A DNA stretch of 64,000 bases from a virus: the IMG/VR virus record IMGVR_UViG_3300032092_000011, positions 32,001-96,000 of that record. One strand, given 5' to 3'. A program made the position numbers and the translations under genes. Numbering within the stretch: position 1 is the first letter of the stretch; each line of letters opens with the position of its first letter. Below the pieces are notes generated by a model that was not told the origin of the DNA, searched no databases, and worked only from the letters and a program-made list of their open reading frames with translations. Below, one piece after another: positions 42,365 through 49,886 of the stretch.

Positions 42365-42652
42365 TTATTTTTTATTCTTTACAGGATCGCAACCGTTTTT
42401 GATTGTGTCCATTAATCTTGACTCTAATTTGTCTAATCTTGAATCTAATTGAGAATGTGTATTACTCTCTAATTCATCTACTCTGCGATTAATATCGTTT
42501 CGAAGGTCTTCAATTTCAAGATATAAATCTTGACTTGTGCGTTCTAATTCTTTTTCTGTTTTTCGTGCCTTAAAGAATCCAACAACAGCAACTACTGCTA
42601 ATGCAATAACCACCACCGATGACATCCCTAAAACAAATGATGTTGTTTCCAT
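42365..42652 (-). CDS. TM plus coiled-coil protein embedded between tRNAs
   Basis: N-terminal TM; flanked by a 13-bp inverted repeat. Confidence 0.75.
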   Translation of the reverse strand: METTSFVLGMSSVVVIALAVVAVVGFFKARKTEKELERTSQDLYLEIEDLRNDINRRVDELESNTHSQLDSRLDKLESRLMDTIKNGCDPVKNKK

Positions 42653-42690
42653 AATCTTTATGTTTTTTTATGTCAAAGAACGATAATGTG

Positions 42691-42763
42691 AGCTTCCGAC
42701 AGGAATCGAACCTGCAACCTATTGATTACAAATCAATTGCTCTACCTATTGAGCTACAGAAGC
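42691..42763 (-). tRNA. tRNA-Thr(UGU)
   Basis: ATTGA-TTTGTAA-TCAAT. Confidence 0.95.
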
Positions 42764-42792
42764 ATAAATATATAATAACATATTATATATTC

Positions 42793-43242
42793 TTAATAAT
42801 GAAGGTCGATGAAAAGAAGGTCTTGCTCGTCTTCGTAAAAGACTGGTGACCAAGCTGGATGGTATTGTTCTAAAAGCTTAGAATCTTTTAGGTCTTGTAT
42901 ATATTGTTCTGGATCTTCGATTCCAGGATATTCAGGTTCTTCTCCATTTTTGCGTTTCTCAACTTCTTCCCTCATCTTGATATTTAATTCTTCAGCTTCA
43001 TAGAATGCATATCCTTTTTTTGGATAAACTCCCCATCCTTCTGCTTTGGTTCCAGGTGGATAAGTTCCTCCATCTGAAGTTTGCATACCAGAAATATCAA
43101 TGCCTTCAAAATACTTATCTTCTACACGTTGAATCATAATCTTAGCGGTCAATGGAATGTTACGTTCTTCAATAAATTCAAGTAAATCTTGAACTGTCAT
43201 TCCTTGACTTTCAATTATTTCATTTTTACCAATTATCCTCAT
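42793..43242 (-). CDS. hypothetical protein
   Basis: 149-aa ORF. Confidence 0.7.
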   Translation of the reverse strand: MRIIGKNEIIESQGMTVQDLLEFIEERNIPLTAKIMIQRVEDKYFEGIDISGMQTSDGGTYPPGTKAEGWGVYPKKGYAFYEAEELNIKMREEVEKRKNGEEPEYPGIEDPEQYIQDLKDSKLLEQYHPAWSPVFYEDEQDLLFIDLHY

Positions 43243-43258
43243 TAGAATTAAATATTTG

Positions 43259-43341
43259 TACCTCAGGAGAGACTCGAACTCTCAATGTCTTACGACGCTA
43301 GATCCTAAGTCTAGTGTGTCTACCAATTCCACCACCAAGGC
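43259..43341 (-). tRNA. tRNA-Leu(UAG)
   Basis: CTAGA-CTTAGGA-TCTAG; long variable arm. Confidence 0.95.
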
Positions 43342-43345
43342 AAGT

Positions 43346-43407
43346 TACGGGATGCTGTTTTGCTTTTTCCAATAAAAGTTTGTAAATTTGCTGAAAGCAT
43401 CCCTGTA
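43346..43407 (-). ncRNA. CAGCAAA-scaffold ncRNA, copy 1 (hairpin cargo)
   Basis: GGGATGC-TTTCAGCAAAT-...CTTTT attgga AAAAG...AAAACA-GCATCCC. Confidence 0.6.
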
Positions 43408-43419
43408 TTGTGGCGCTAA

Positions 43420-43632
43420 TTACTTAGCGGAAGGTGCCAATGTAGTTGGAGAAACACCAGGAGCAGCAGGATCAACTGTTACAGTTGAATCTGTTGATGT
43501 AGAATCAGTTACTACAGCAGTAGAATCAACAGCAGTTGAATCTGAACCAGTTGTAGCAGTTCCGCTACCATTACCACAAGATGTCAATCCAATTACCATT
43601 GCGATTGCGAAAAGAAAAGTGTACTTTTTCAT
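43420..43632 (-). CDS. small Thr/Ser-rich lipoprotein
   Basis: MKK + hydrophobic + LTSC lipobox; DST repeats. Confidence 0.8.
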   Translation of the reverse strand: MKKYTFLFAIAMVIGLTSCGNGSGTATTGSDSTAVDSTAVVTDSTSTDSTVTVDPAAPGVSPTTLAPSAK

Positions 43633-43660
43633 GTTTTTGTTATTTTTTGTTTATTTGATA

Positions 43661-43689
43661 ATTATATAGGGTACTTAATCTTTGTTTCA
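43661..43689 (-). promoter_or_regulatory. class II promoter TGAAAC-N17-TATAAT
   Basis: Exact motif; upstream of the lipoprotein and the distal tRNA cluster. Confidence 0.7.
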
Positions 43690-43692
43690 AGT

Positions 43693-44055
43693 TTATTTAG
43701 AAACTTTTTTGAACTCTAAGAATTCAGTTGCCATTACAGCATCTCTATAAGTTTTCATTGCCGACTTAAAACTAACAGGCCGGCCTGATTTAGTTACAAG
43801 ATGCGTAAATCCACCTAAATGATAATCTTCATTAGGAGACCAAATAAGATAATAATGCTTCTTAATTCTATTTTTAGAATTAAGTTCATATGCTGGAGCC
43901 AAAGATCCAGTTCTCCAATCTTCTTTAAGAACGTTAATACTTTCGGCAAGTGCAACATGCTTTGGTAGGCCAGGACCATAATTGGCCTCAGTCCTTTGAT
44001 ACTCTATTAGAATATCCATTTTACCAATTTTAATGTGTTCGATTTTTCTACTCAT
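43693..44055 (-). CDS. hypothetical protein
   Basis: ORF track 43693-44073; likely start MSRKI. Confidence 0.65.
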   Translation of the reverse strand: MSRKIEHIKIGKMDILIEYQRTEANYGPGLPKHVALAESINVLKEDWRTGSLAPAYELNSKNRIKKHYYLIWSPNEDYHLGGFTHLVTKSGRPVSFKSAMKTYRDAVMATEFLEFKKVSK

Positions 44056-44066
44056 AATTTTATTAT

Positions 44067-44270
44067 TTACCAAGAATCCTCATCTGTTAAATCTAACTCA
44101 AGTTTAGTTAAGTGATTGTATACTTTAATAGAAGATCCCATACCGTACGAAGTAACTGACCATGTCATTAGGCCATATTCTCCGAACAGATCTTTAATCT
44201 TTTTAGCCCATTCATCAAATTTGGACTATTGTTCGTCGGATAATTCGATTTGTATTACTTTATTTGACAT
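44067..44270 (-). pseudogene. 67-codon phage gene with an in-frame TAG at codon 15
   Basis: MSNKVIQIELSDEQ*SKFDEWAKKIKDLFGEYG...ELDLTDEDSW fills the gap exactly; TAG at 44226-44228. Confidence 0.65.
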
Positions 44271-44937
44271 AAGCTTTTCTAAATAACATTACAACATCCA
44301 TAGCATCTTCAATTGCATTGTGTGTTACCACATCTCCTAATCCGGCACGTTCTTTACAAAGGCTAAGTCCAGGAGCGCAATCATCATTTTGCCAATCAAT
44401 AAATAGGACAGATGGATCTAGAGTTCGGCCACGAGCTTTTAAACATTGCTTCCATCTTGGTAACCTTTCTAAAAACTTGTTATCAAAGTTGGCAAAGTTC
44501 TTACCAGCTGCATTAAAGTAAAAAGGTTTCATTTTGGAAGTTAAAGCTGGATATGATTTACCATTAACGATTTCAAAATGACCGGTTGGATCGTATTTAC
44601 CATCTAGTGCACCATTATCATATAGGAATTGAAAGATTCTCTTTGCTACATCTTCTTCATAAAGATATTCACGACCAGTTCGTTGCTCAATTTCTTTACG
44701 TTCTTCATCAGTTCTAGCCAATTTGTATTCTAAAATGTCGGCAATTAGTTGACGATTCATATTAATCGCAAAGATTTCACCTTCAATTCTTTCACGAATA
44801 ATGGCAATTTCTAGTTTTGGTAATTCTTCAATTGGTTTAATATCAATAGTATCTTCTACTACTAATCCAATTGATAATGTCTGTGTTGATTCGTTATCGA
44901 TTCCGGTGGTTTCGATATCAATGCTTACGTATTTCAT
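44260..44937 (-). CDS. DEDDh 3'-5' exonuclease
   Basis: SIDIETTG, GKNFANFD, HNAIEDA. Confidence 0.85.
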   Translation of the reverse strand: MKYVSIDIETTGIDNESTQTLSIGLVVEDTIDIKPIEELPKLEIAIIRERIEGEIFAINMNRQLIADILEYKLARTDEERKEIEQRTGREYLYEEDVAKRIFQFLYDNGALDGKYDPTGHFEIVNGKSYPALTSKMKPFYFNAAGKNFANFDNKFLERLPRWKQCLKARGRTLDPSVLFIDWQNDDCAPGLSLCKERAGLGDVVTHNAIEDAMDVVMLFRKAYVK

Positions 44938-45527
44938 ATTAAAAATTTTAAGATTTCTTCTTTAACACCGCTCTGTTTGATTCCTTCTCGATTACGAGGA
45001 GTATGAACAAAATTTGTTAATCCTGGCTTTTTATCACTACTATCTTTAGAAGCAAATCGATCGCCTAAGAATTTAACACTCATATCTAAATCATCAATGG
45101 CAACCCAATGTGTAATTTCTGGGTGATTTTCAACCCAATGATTGATTTCCATGCTACGTTCTAGTTCTAATTCAGCTCTAAAACGAAAACCAGACCATTC
45201 GCTTGGATACAGGTCTTTAAACATATCAGTCGTTGCAATTGGAGCCTTAATAATACCTTGATTTAAGTAGTATTCTCCTAATTCTTGTAAATTAGCATGC
45301 AATCTCCAATCAGAACTAACTACAATTTCAGCTCCAGTTTGTTCTAAAATTTCATTTAAGATTTTAATTGCTTTTTTATCAAAATTATCGAATCTGTATT
45401 CGACTGGCATTTCACGAGTAGTCATGGATAGTTTCCTACCACCCCATTCCTTTTGCTTTTTGAAGCGACCGCCCCAATTATCAGCAAGGCAAATTACGCC
45501 ATCGTTATCTAAAAATACAATTTTCAT
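44934..45527 (-). CDS. HAD phosphatase (Swiss-Army-knife RNA-repair-like)
   Basis: FLDNDGV, IVVSSDWR, WVAIDD. Confidence 0.8.
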   Translation of the reverse strand: MKIVFLDNDGVICLADNWGGRFKKQKEWGGRKLSMTTREMPVEYRFDNFDKKAIKILNEILEQTGAEIVVSSDWRLHANLQELGEYYLNQGIIKAPIATTDMFKDLYPSEWSGFRFRAELELERSMEINHWVENHPEITHWVAIDDLDMSVKFLGDRFASKDSSDKKPGLTNFVHTPRNREGIKQSGVKEEILKFLI

Positions 45528-45560
45528 AAGTATTATATGTTTGTTTCGGAAAAAGTTTAT

Positions 45561-45588
45561 AAAAAAACCCTGACGAAGTCAGGGTTTT
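45561..45588 (-). terminator. intrinsic terminator
   Basis: AAAACCCTGAC-gaa-GTCAGGGTTTT with a 7-U tract on the minus strand. Confidence 0.85.
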
Positions 45589-45609
45589 ATATGTAGATTT
45601 TAAATGTGA

Positions 45610-46644
45610 TTAATGATCTGCATTTTCGCCTTCTTCGCCTTTTGGCTTAATAAGTGCTTCGATTACGGCAATGATTGCCAGGTATTTTGCGGTTGCTGTA
45701 ATAAAATGAACAACTGTACCGATTCCAGGAATTACGCTGAGAATTGCTCCTTCTGCTGCATGTTTTACTTGATATTCAGCAACAACACCGATGATTGATG
45801 CTAATACAGCAAATTCATAAGGTCCTGGTGCTCCAGCAAGCTGAGTTGCATAGAATGAGAATTTATTAAGTGCTCCACCTGCAACTTTTTCTGCTGCTTG
45901 TTTAACTTTATCTAAAAGGCTAAATGGAGGAATATGGTGCATCTTATGAGCGATTGCAGAAACAAATGGAATTCCTCCACCCTCTTCAACAATATCAGTA
46001 AAATCAACTGTTCCATTAAGAATGGCTTCATTTAGTGAATGTACTATAGCTAATTCAAAACTTTCATTAGATTTATCATCTTCTTTAGCAGCTTCCATAC
46101 CAGCTTTAGTTGCTTGTGAAACGAAACCAGACAGAGCCCAAGTTTTCATTGCTTTAGCAGAAGCACCTAATTGTTTTACCTCTTCAATTAAAGCATTTTT
46201 AGTTTTTTCTCCAGCACTATCGATTTTTTCTTTAATAACTTTACCTGCCTTTCCTGCTTCAGCTTTATAATAACTAGCTGCGCCATTCCATGCTGATTCA
46301 ATTGCTTCTTTAATTTTGGTTGCAATTAATTTAACAACGCTTACAATATTTCCGCCTAATTTAATGATTTTTTCTTGAGCATCGGAAAGAGCATTTTTAC
46401 CTTTAGTTTTAACAACATCTACCGCATTGTCAAATTTGGCTTTCATTTTAGCAACTAAACTTTCTTCATTAATAGTTTCAATAAAAGCTGTATCGAAAAG
46501 ACCAGATTCAATAATAATTTGAGCTTCATTTAGAAAAGGCTTTACATCATTGAATTGAGAGATAATATTAAATAAAAGTTCTCTACGAGATTCTACCAAA
46601 GTGCTATGATTAACAAATTGGTTATAAGACATTAATTGGCTCAC
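45610..46644 (-). CDS. helical Ala-rich putative virion/ejection protein with variant CTS
   Basis: GTG start SQLMSYNQFVN...LVES; internal LNE/INE; hydrophobic C-terminal helices. Confidence 0.65.
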   Translation of the reverse strand: MSQLMSYNQFVNHSTLVESRRELLFNIISQFNDVKPFLNEAQIIIESGLFDTAFIETINEESLVAKMKAKFDNAVDVVKTKGKNALSDAQEKIIKLGGNIVSVVKLIATKIKEAIESAWNGAASYYKAEAGKAGKVIKEKIDSAGEKTKNALIEEVKQLGASAKAMKTWALSGFVSQATKAGMEAAKEDDKSNESFELAIVHSLNEAILNGTVDFTDIVEEGGGIPFVSAIAHKMHHIPPFSLLDKVKQAAEKVAGGALNKFSFYATQLAGAPGPYEFAVLASIIGVVAEYQVKHAAEGAILSVIPGIGTVVHFITATAKYLAIIAVIEALIKPKGEEGENADH

Positions 46645-46693
46645 AGTAATTTACACAATTTTTATTTCTTTATATATTTCTAATATAAAATTG

Positions 46694-46766
46694 AGCGGAA
46701 GACGAGATTCGAACTCGCGACCCCAACCTTGGCAAGGTTGTGCTCTACCAGCTGAGCTACTTCCGC
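46694..46766 (-). tRNA. tRNA-Gly(GCC)
   Basis: CAACC-TTGCCAA-GGTTG. Confidence 0.95.
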
Positions 46767-46771
46767 ATTAT

Positions 46772-46858
46772 GGGTAGGATCAGACGTGTTCTGCATAGCA
46801 GGTCTGCCTACCGAGACCTCGTCGTTAACTTTCGTCAGAGCGTACCGAGACACTAGGT
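46772..46858 (-). ncRNA. candidate structured RNA
   Basis: GC-rich; GGTAGG/CCTACC, CAGAC/GTCTG and CTGC/GCAG stems; GAAA tetraloop hairpin. Confidence 0.4.
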
Positions 46859-46867
46859 AAAAATAAC

Positions 46868-46986
46868 AGGATGGGTTTTGTACGTGCTCTACCAACTGAG
46901 CTACTGGTCCCGAGAGATCAGGCCGGACTCGAACCGACGACCACGAGGTTAACAGCCTAGATTTTATTATTTGCAGTAACCATCCT
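46868..46986 (-). ncRNA. CAGCAAA-scaffold ncRNA, copy 2, carrying a circularly permuted tRNA-Asn(GUU)
   Basis: AGGATGG-TTACTGCAAAT...AGG CTGTTAA CCTCG TGGTC GTCGG TTCGAGT CCGGC CTGATCT ctcg GGACCAG TA GCTC AGTTGGTA GAGC A CG...AAAAC-CCATCCT. Confidence 0.85.
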
Positions 46987-46990
46987 TATT

Positions 46991-47956
46991 TTATATCTCA
47001 TTATATGATTCTTCTAATATTAAATTAATTTCATCAAATAATTCCTTATATTTTTCTTTAATCCCATTAAAATGATCTAAATCCGCTAATAATCTTAACA
47101 AAATAGAAATCCTAACATGCGGGTTATCATAAAGAAATTTCTTGCCCCAAATATGCTGTATCTCATCTTCTATTTTAAGACTCTCTTCGCTAGAACTAAT
47201 GTTAGGAATCCATCTTTTATTCCAAATCATTTCTTCCATATAGAGACATGCTCTATAAACATTTGGTTTAATAGTTCCATAGGATATTCCTAATTTTCTA
47301 GCTATAACAGGTAATAATCTTTGTTCAATAAAAAGAGAACTTCTTCTTTCAATTTTTTCATCATCTATTTCTTTATTGTATGATATTATCTTAATAGATT
47401 CGTCATACCAATTATCTATAAGTTCTCTTGTTCGATTTTTAAAATGAAGAATTGCAGCGTTTAATGGCCAATAATTCCAATTAAATCGATTAATATCTTC
47501 AAGATCTAGCCAATTAGAAGGATCATGGTACATGTTGTATTTTGAATCAGTATCAAAATTCTCTTTATGAAAGACATGGAAATCGTAACCCTTATCAATT
47601 AGATTTTTACCTTTAATCCATAAGTCAGTATCGAAGATACAAAACTCATTATACATTTTAGATAATTCTCTTGCTACAAATATTTTTGAAAAACTCCAAT
47701 ATCTAGATGCTTTATCTTTATGAGGCATTCTTGTTAATAAATGTAAATCGATTCCATCATATTCTTCAAATATCTTGTATTTTAAAATAGAATCTAAATG
47801 CTCTTGATTTGCAATTAACCGCATTGGACCATAATTTTCTTTCCAATATAAAACAGAGACAAGTTGTATTAAAACGTTGATTGCATCGTATTTATTATCT
47901 TTAATCTCTCTAAATTTATTTTCAAATTTATAATAAACATGATAGCCTCTAATCAT
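46991..47956 (-). CDS. putative nucleotide-sugar transferase (DUF6734-like)
   Basis: WSFSKI, FDTD (DxD), NAAI, IEQRLL, HIWG. Confidence 0.55.
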   Translation of the reverse strand: MIRGYHVYYKFENKFREIKDNKYDAINVLIQLVSVLYWKENYGPMRLIANQEHLDSILKYKIFEEYDGIDLHLLTRMPHKDKASRYWSFSKIFVARELSKMYNEFCIFDTDLWIKGKNLIDKGYDFHVFHKENFDTDSKYNMYHDPSNWLDLEDINRFNWNYWPLNAAILHFKNRTRELIDNWYDESIKIISYNKEIDDEKIERRSSLFIEQRLLPVIARKLGISYGTIKPNVYRACLYMEEMIWNKRWIPNISSSEESLKIEDEIQHIWGKKFLYDNPHVRISILLRLLADLDHFNGIKEKYKELFDEINLILEESYNEI

Positions 47957-47974
47957 TGTTCTATAATATATTTC

Positions 47975-48106
47975 GGATTCCTGTTATATGGACCAGCGCG
48001 TTTACCAATTTCGCCACCCTTCAGATTATTTATTCGATTGTTGAAGGGGTAGGACTCGAACCTACAGTATACCGGTTTCTTTCCTTAATTTTGCTGTAAG
48101 GAATCC
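47975..48106 (-). ncRNA. CAGCAAA-scaffold ncRNA, copy 3, carrying a permuted tRNA (Leu-type D-loop)
   Basis: GGATTCC-TTACAGCAAAA...ACCGG TATACT GTAGG TTCGAGT CCTAC CCCTTCA [18 nt] TGAAGGG TGGCGAAATTGGTAAACGC G CTGGT...AACA-GGAATCC. Confidence 0.8.
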
Positions 48107-48109
48107 ATT

Positions 48110-48186
48110 TGGCGGCTCGTACGGGACTCGAACCCGTGACCTTCGCCGTGACAGGGCGACATTGTAACCAACTCTACTAACGAGCC
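48110..48186 (-). tRNA. tRNA-Asp(GUC), CCA encoded
   Basis: TCGCC-CTGTCAC-GGCGA. Confidence 0.95.
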
Positions 48187-48192
48187 AAATAG

Positions 48193-48266
48193 TAGACAAT
48201 GATGGACTCGAACCATCGACCTCCTCGGTATCAGCGAGGCGCTCTAACCAACTGAGCTAAATGTCT
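48193..48266 (-). tRNA. tRNA-Ile(GAU)
   Basis: CCTCG-CTGATAC-CGAGG. Confidence 0.95.
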
Positions 48267-48386
48267 AAATATGAGAGGTCTCCGATGCCTCCTCTCGCGG
48301 TGGATATTTAATGACGTTTTGTATAATGCTGTATCAGCAAGTCGCAAGTTCCACTTATACGTCAAACTCGAATCGGTATTAAGGTG

Positions 48387-48458
48387 TAGCCCGTACGAGA
48401 ATCGAACTCGTCTCTCATCCGTGAAAGGGATGCGTCCTAACCGATAGACTAACGGGCC
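48387..48458 (-). tRNA. tRNA-Glu(UUC)
   Basis: CATCC-CTTTCAC-GGATG. Confidence 0.95.
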
Positions 48459-48465
48459 AAATTTG

Positions 48466-48537
48466 CTCCCCGGGTAGGATTTGAACCTACGACCACACGA
48501 TTAACAGTCGCGTGCTCTACCACTGAGCTACCGAGGA
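48466..48537 (-). tRNA. tRNA-Asn(GUU)
   Basis: CGCGA-CTGTTAA-TCGTG. Confidence 0.95.
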
Positions 48538-48547
48538 ATAAAATAAA

Positions 48548-48730
48548 TCTTCCATGCGCATTAACATGGTCAAGAAGTAACCGATGGTTTGTTCCCCATC
48601 GCCTGATGCCGTGCACAGCAGAGCAGGGTCTCCTACATAGCAACTCGGGGCATGATTACTCTCAATAAAGGTTGCGATCCTGCGAGAGCCGAGTTCCCTT
48701 TCAACGGTGCTAATCCGTCCTATGTGAGAT
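48548..48730 (-). ncRNA. candidate ~185-nt multi-stem ncRNA
   Basis: GC-rich spacer; ACATAG/CTATGT, AACTCGG/CCGAGTT, CTCTC/GAGAG, CGATGG/CCATCG and CCATG/CATGG stems. Confidence 0.55.
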
Positions 48731-48737
48731 TTATTCG

Positions 48738-48811
48738 TGGAGGATATCGGATTCGAACCGATGACCCCTTGCGTGCAAGGCAAGTGCTCTAGCCAACTGA
48801 GCTAATCCCCC
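48738..48811 (-). tRNA. tRNA-Ala(UGC)
   Basis: CTTGC-CTTGCAC-GCAAG. Confidence 0.95.
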
Positions 48812-48874
48812 GAAAAGAGTTAGGATCTGAGTCTTACGATACCTAGGATTCTTCTGCTCCATCCATACTCTCTT

Positions 48875-48950
<76 letters not shown>

Positions 48951-48958
48951 ATATATTG

Positions 48959-49029
48959 TTGTCCCCGAAGGATTCGAACCTCCACTAGATGGACCAAAAC
49001 CATCTGTCCTGCCATTAGACGAGAGGACA
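48959..49029 (-). tRNA. tRNA-Gln(UUG)
   Basis: GATGG-TTTTGGT-CCATC. Confidence 0.95.
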
Positions 49030-49035
49030 AGATAC

Positions 49036-49093
49036 TGGATGCGCTTGTGTCAAAGTTAAAGTTTGATTTTGTAAAATTTGCTGCATGCATCCA
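49036..49093 (-). ncRNA. CAGCAAA-scaffold ncRNA, copy 4 (anticodon-like hairpin cargo)
   Basis: TGGATGC-ATGCAGCAAAT-...TCAAA CTTTAAC TTTGA...-GCATCCA. Confidence 0.65.
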
Positions 49094-49099
49094 AAATTC

Positions 49100-49432
49100 T
49101 TATTGCTCTTCCGATATGTCAAAGATCGATTTGCCTTTTTTAGTCATAAAGATAATGTCTTCACCATTAGCATCTTCAACCCAATCAATTAGTCCATCTT
49201 CTTTCATTTGGTCTAATTCTTGATTAAATCTTGCTTTAAAAAAAGCATATTCAAATTGCTCTTCAGTCATTTGAAATTCTTCTCCTTTTGTAAAACATTC
49301 GAAGAATATTTCAGAAATAGATTCAACTAAATATTCAGGAGTTGGATCTTCTTCTTGCAATGTTGGTTTAAGTAATTCAACAACATTTTCAGCTTCAACT
49401 CTGACTTTCTGTGGCCAATTTGTTTTTTCCAT
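49100..49432 (-). CDS. acidic hypothetical protein (winged-helix-like C-terminus)
   Basis: GLIDW...IFMTKKG. Confidence 0.7.
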   Translation of the reverse strand: MEKTNWPQKVRVEAENVVELLKPTLQEEDPTPEYLVESISEIFFECFTKGEEFQMTEEQFEYAFFKARFNQELDQMKEDGLIDWVEDANGEDIIFMTKKGKSIFDISEEQ

Positions 49433-49434
49433 TG

Positions 49435-49701
49435 TTATTTTATAATGAATACTCGATAAGGTTTCATGAGTGTCAATTTAGAACCATCTGAATTGTAGTA
49501 CCAAATAGAATCTTCATTCTGACCATAAATTGTATCAGTGTACGCGATTGCTGGTCTAAGTTCTTCTGTAACATTAATCTCAGTCAAGCCAACTTGACGC
49601 TCGATTCTAGTTGGAACCATTCCTTCAATCTTGTACTTATATTCTTTACCTTTACATGAAAAGAAAAGAATTGATAAACCTATTGCATAAATTACTTTCA
49701 T
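49435..49701 (-). CDS. small lipoprotein
   Basis: Start moved to MKVIYAIGLSILFFSC (the upstream part overlaps a tRNA). Confidence 0.75.
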   Translation of the reverse strand: MKVIYAIGLSILFFSCKGKEYKYKIEGMVPTRIERQVGLTEINVTEELRPAIAYTDTIYGQNEDSIWYYNSDGSKLTLMKPYRVFIIK

Positions 49702-49713
49702 CTTATAAAATTT

Positions 49714-49802
49714 TGGTACTCGAGGCGGGAATCGAACCCGCACGAACCTTACGGTCCATCAGATTTTAAGTCTGACGTGTCTACCTATTCCACCACCCGA
49801 GC
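49714..49802 (-). tRNA. tRNA-Leu(UAA), CCA encoded
   Basis: TCAGA-CTTAAAA-TCTGA; long variable arm. Confidence 0.95.
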
Positions 49803-49842
49803 ATGTTTAAGTATCTTCAATAACTTTAAGAACGTTACATCT

Positions 49843-49871
49843 ATTATATCTGATGAAATCAGATTGTTTCA
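49843..49871 (-). promoter_or_regulatory. class II promoter TGAAAC-N17-TATAAT for the middle tRNA cluster
   Basis: Exact motif about 40 nt upstream of tRNA-Leu(UAA). Confidence 0.7.
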
Positions 49872-49886
49872 TAACATGTTATTGAA

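Noticed and set aside
46772-46858. CTGACGA core (hammerhead) or tRNA-associated HDV-like/theta ribozyme
   Set aside because: CTGACGAAAG is part of a GNRA hairpin; I could not build either the hammerhead core or the nested double pseudoknot
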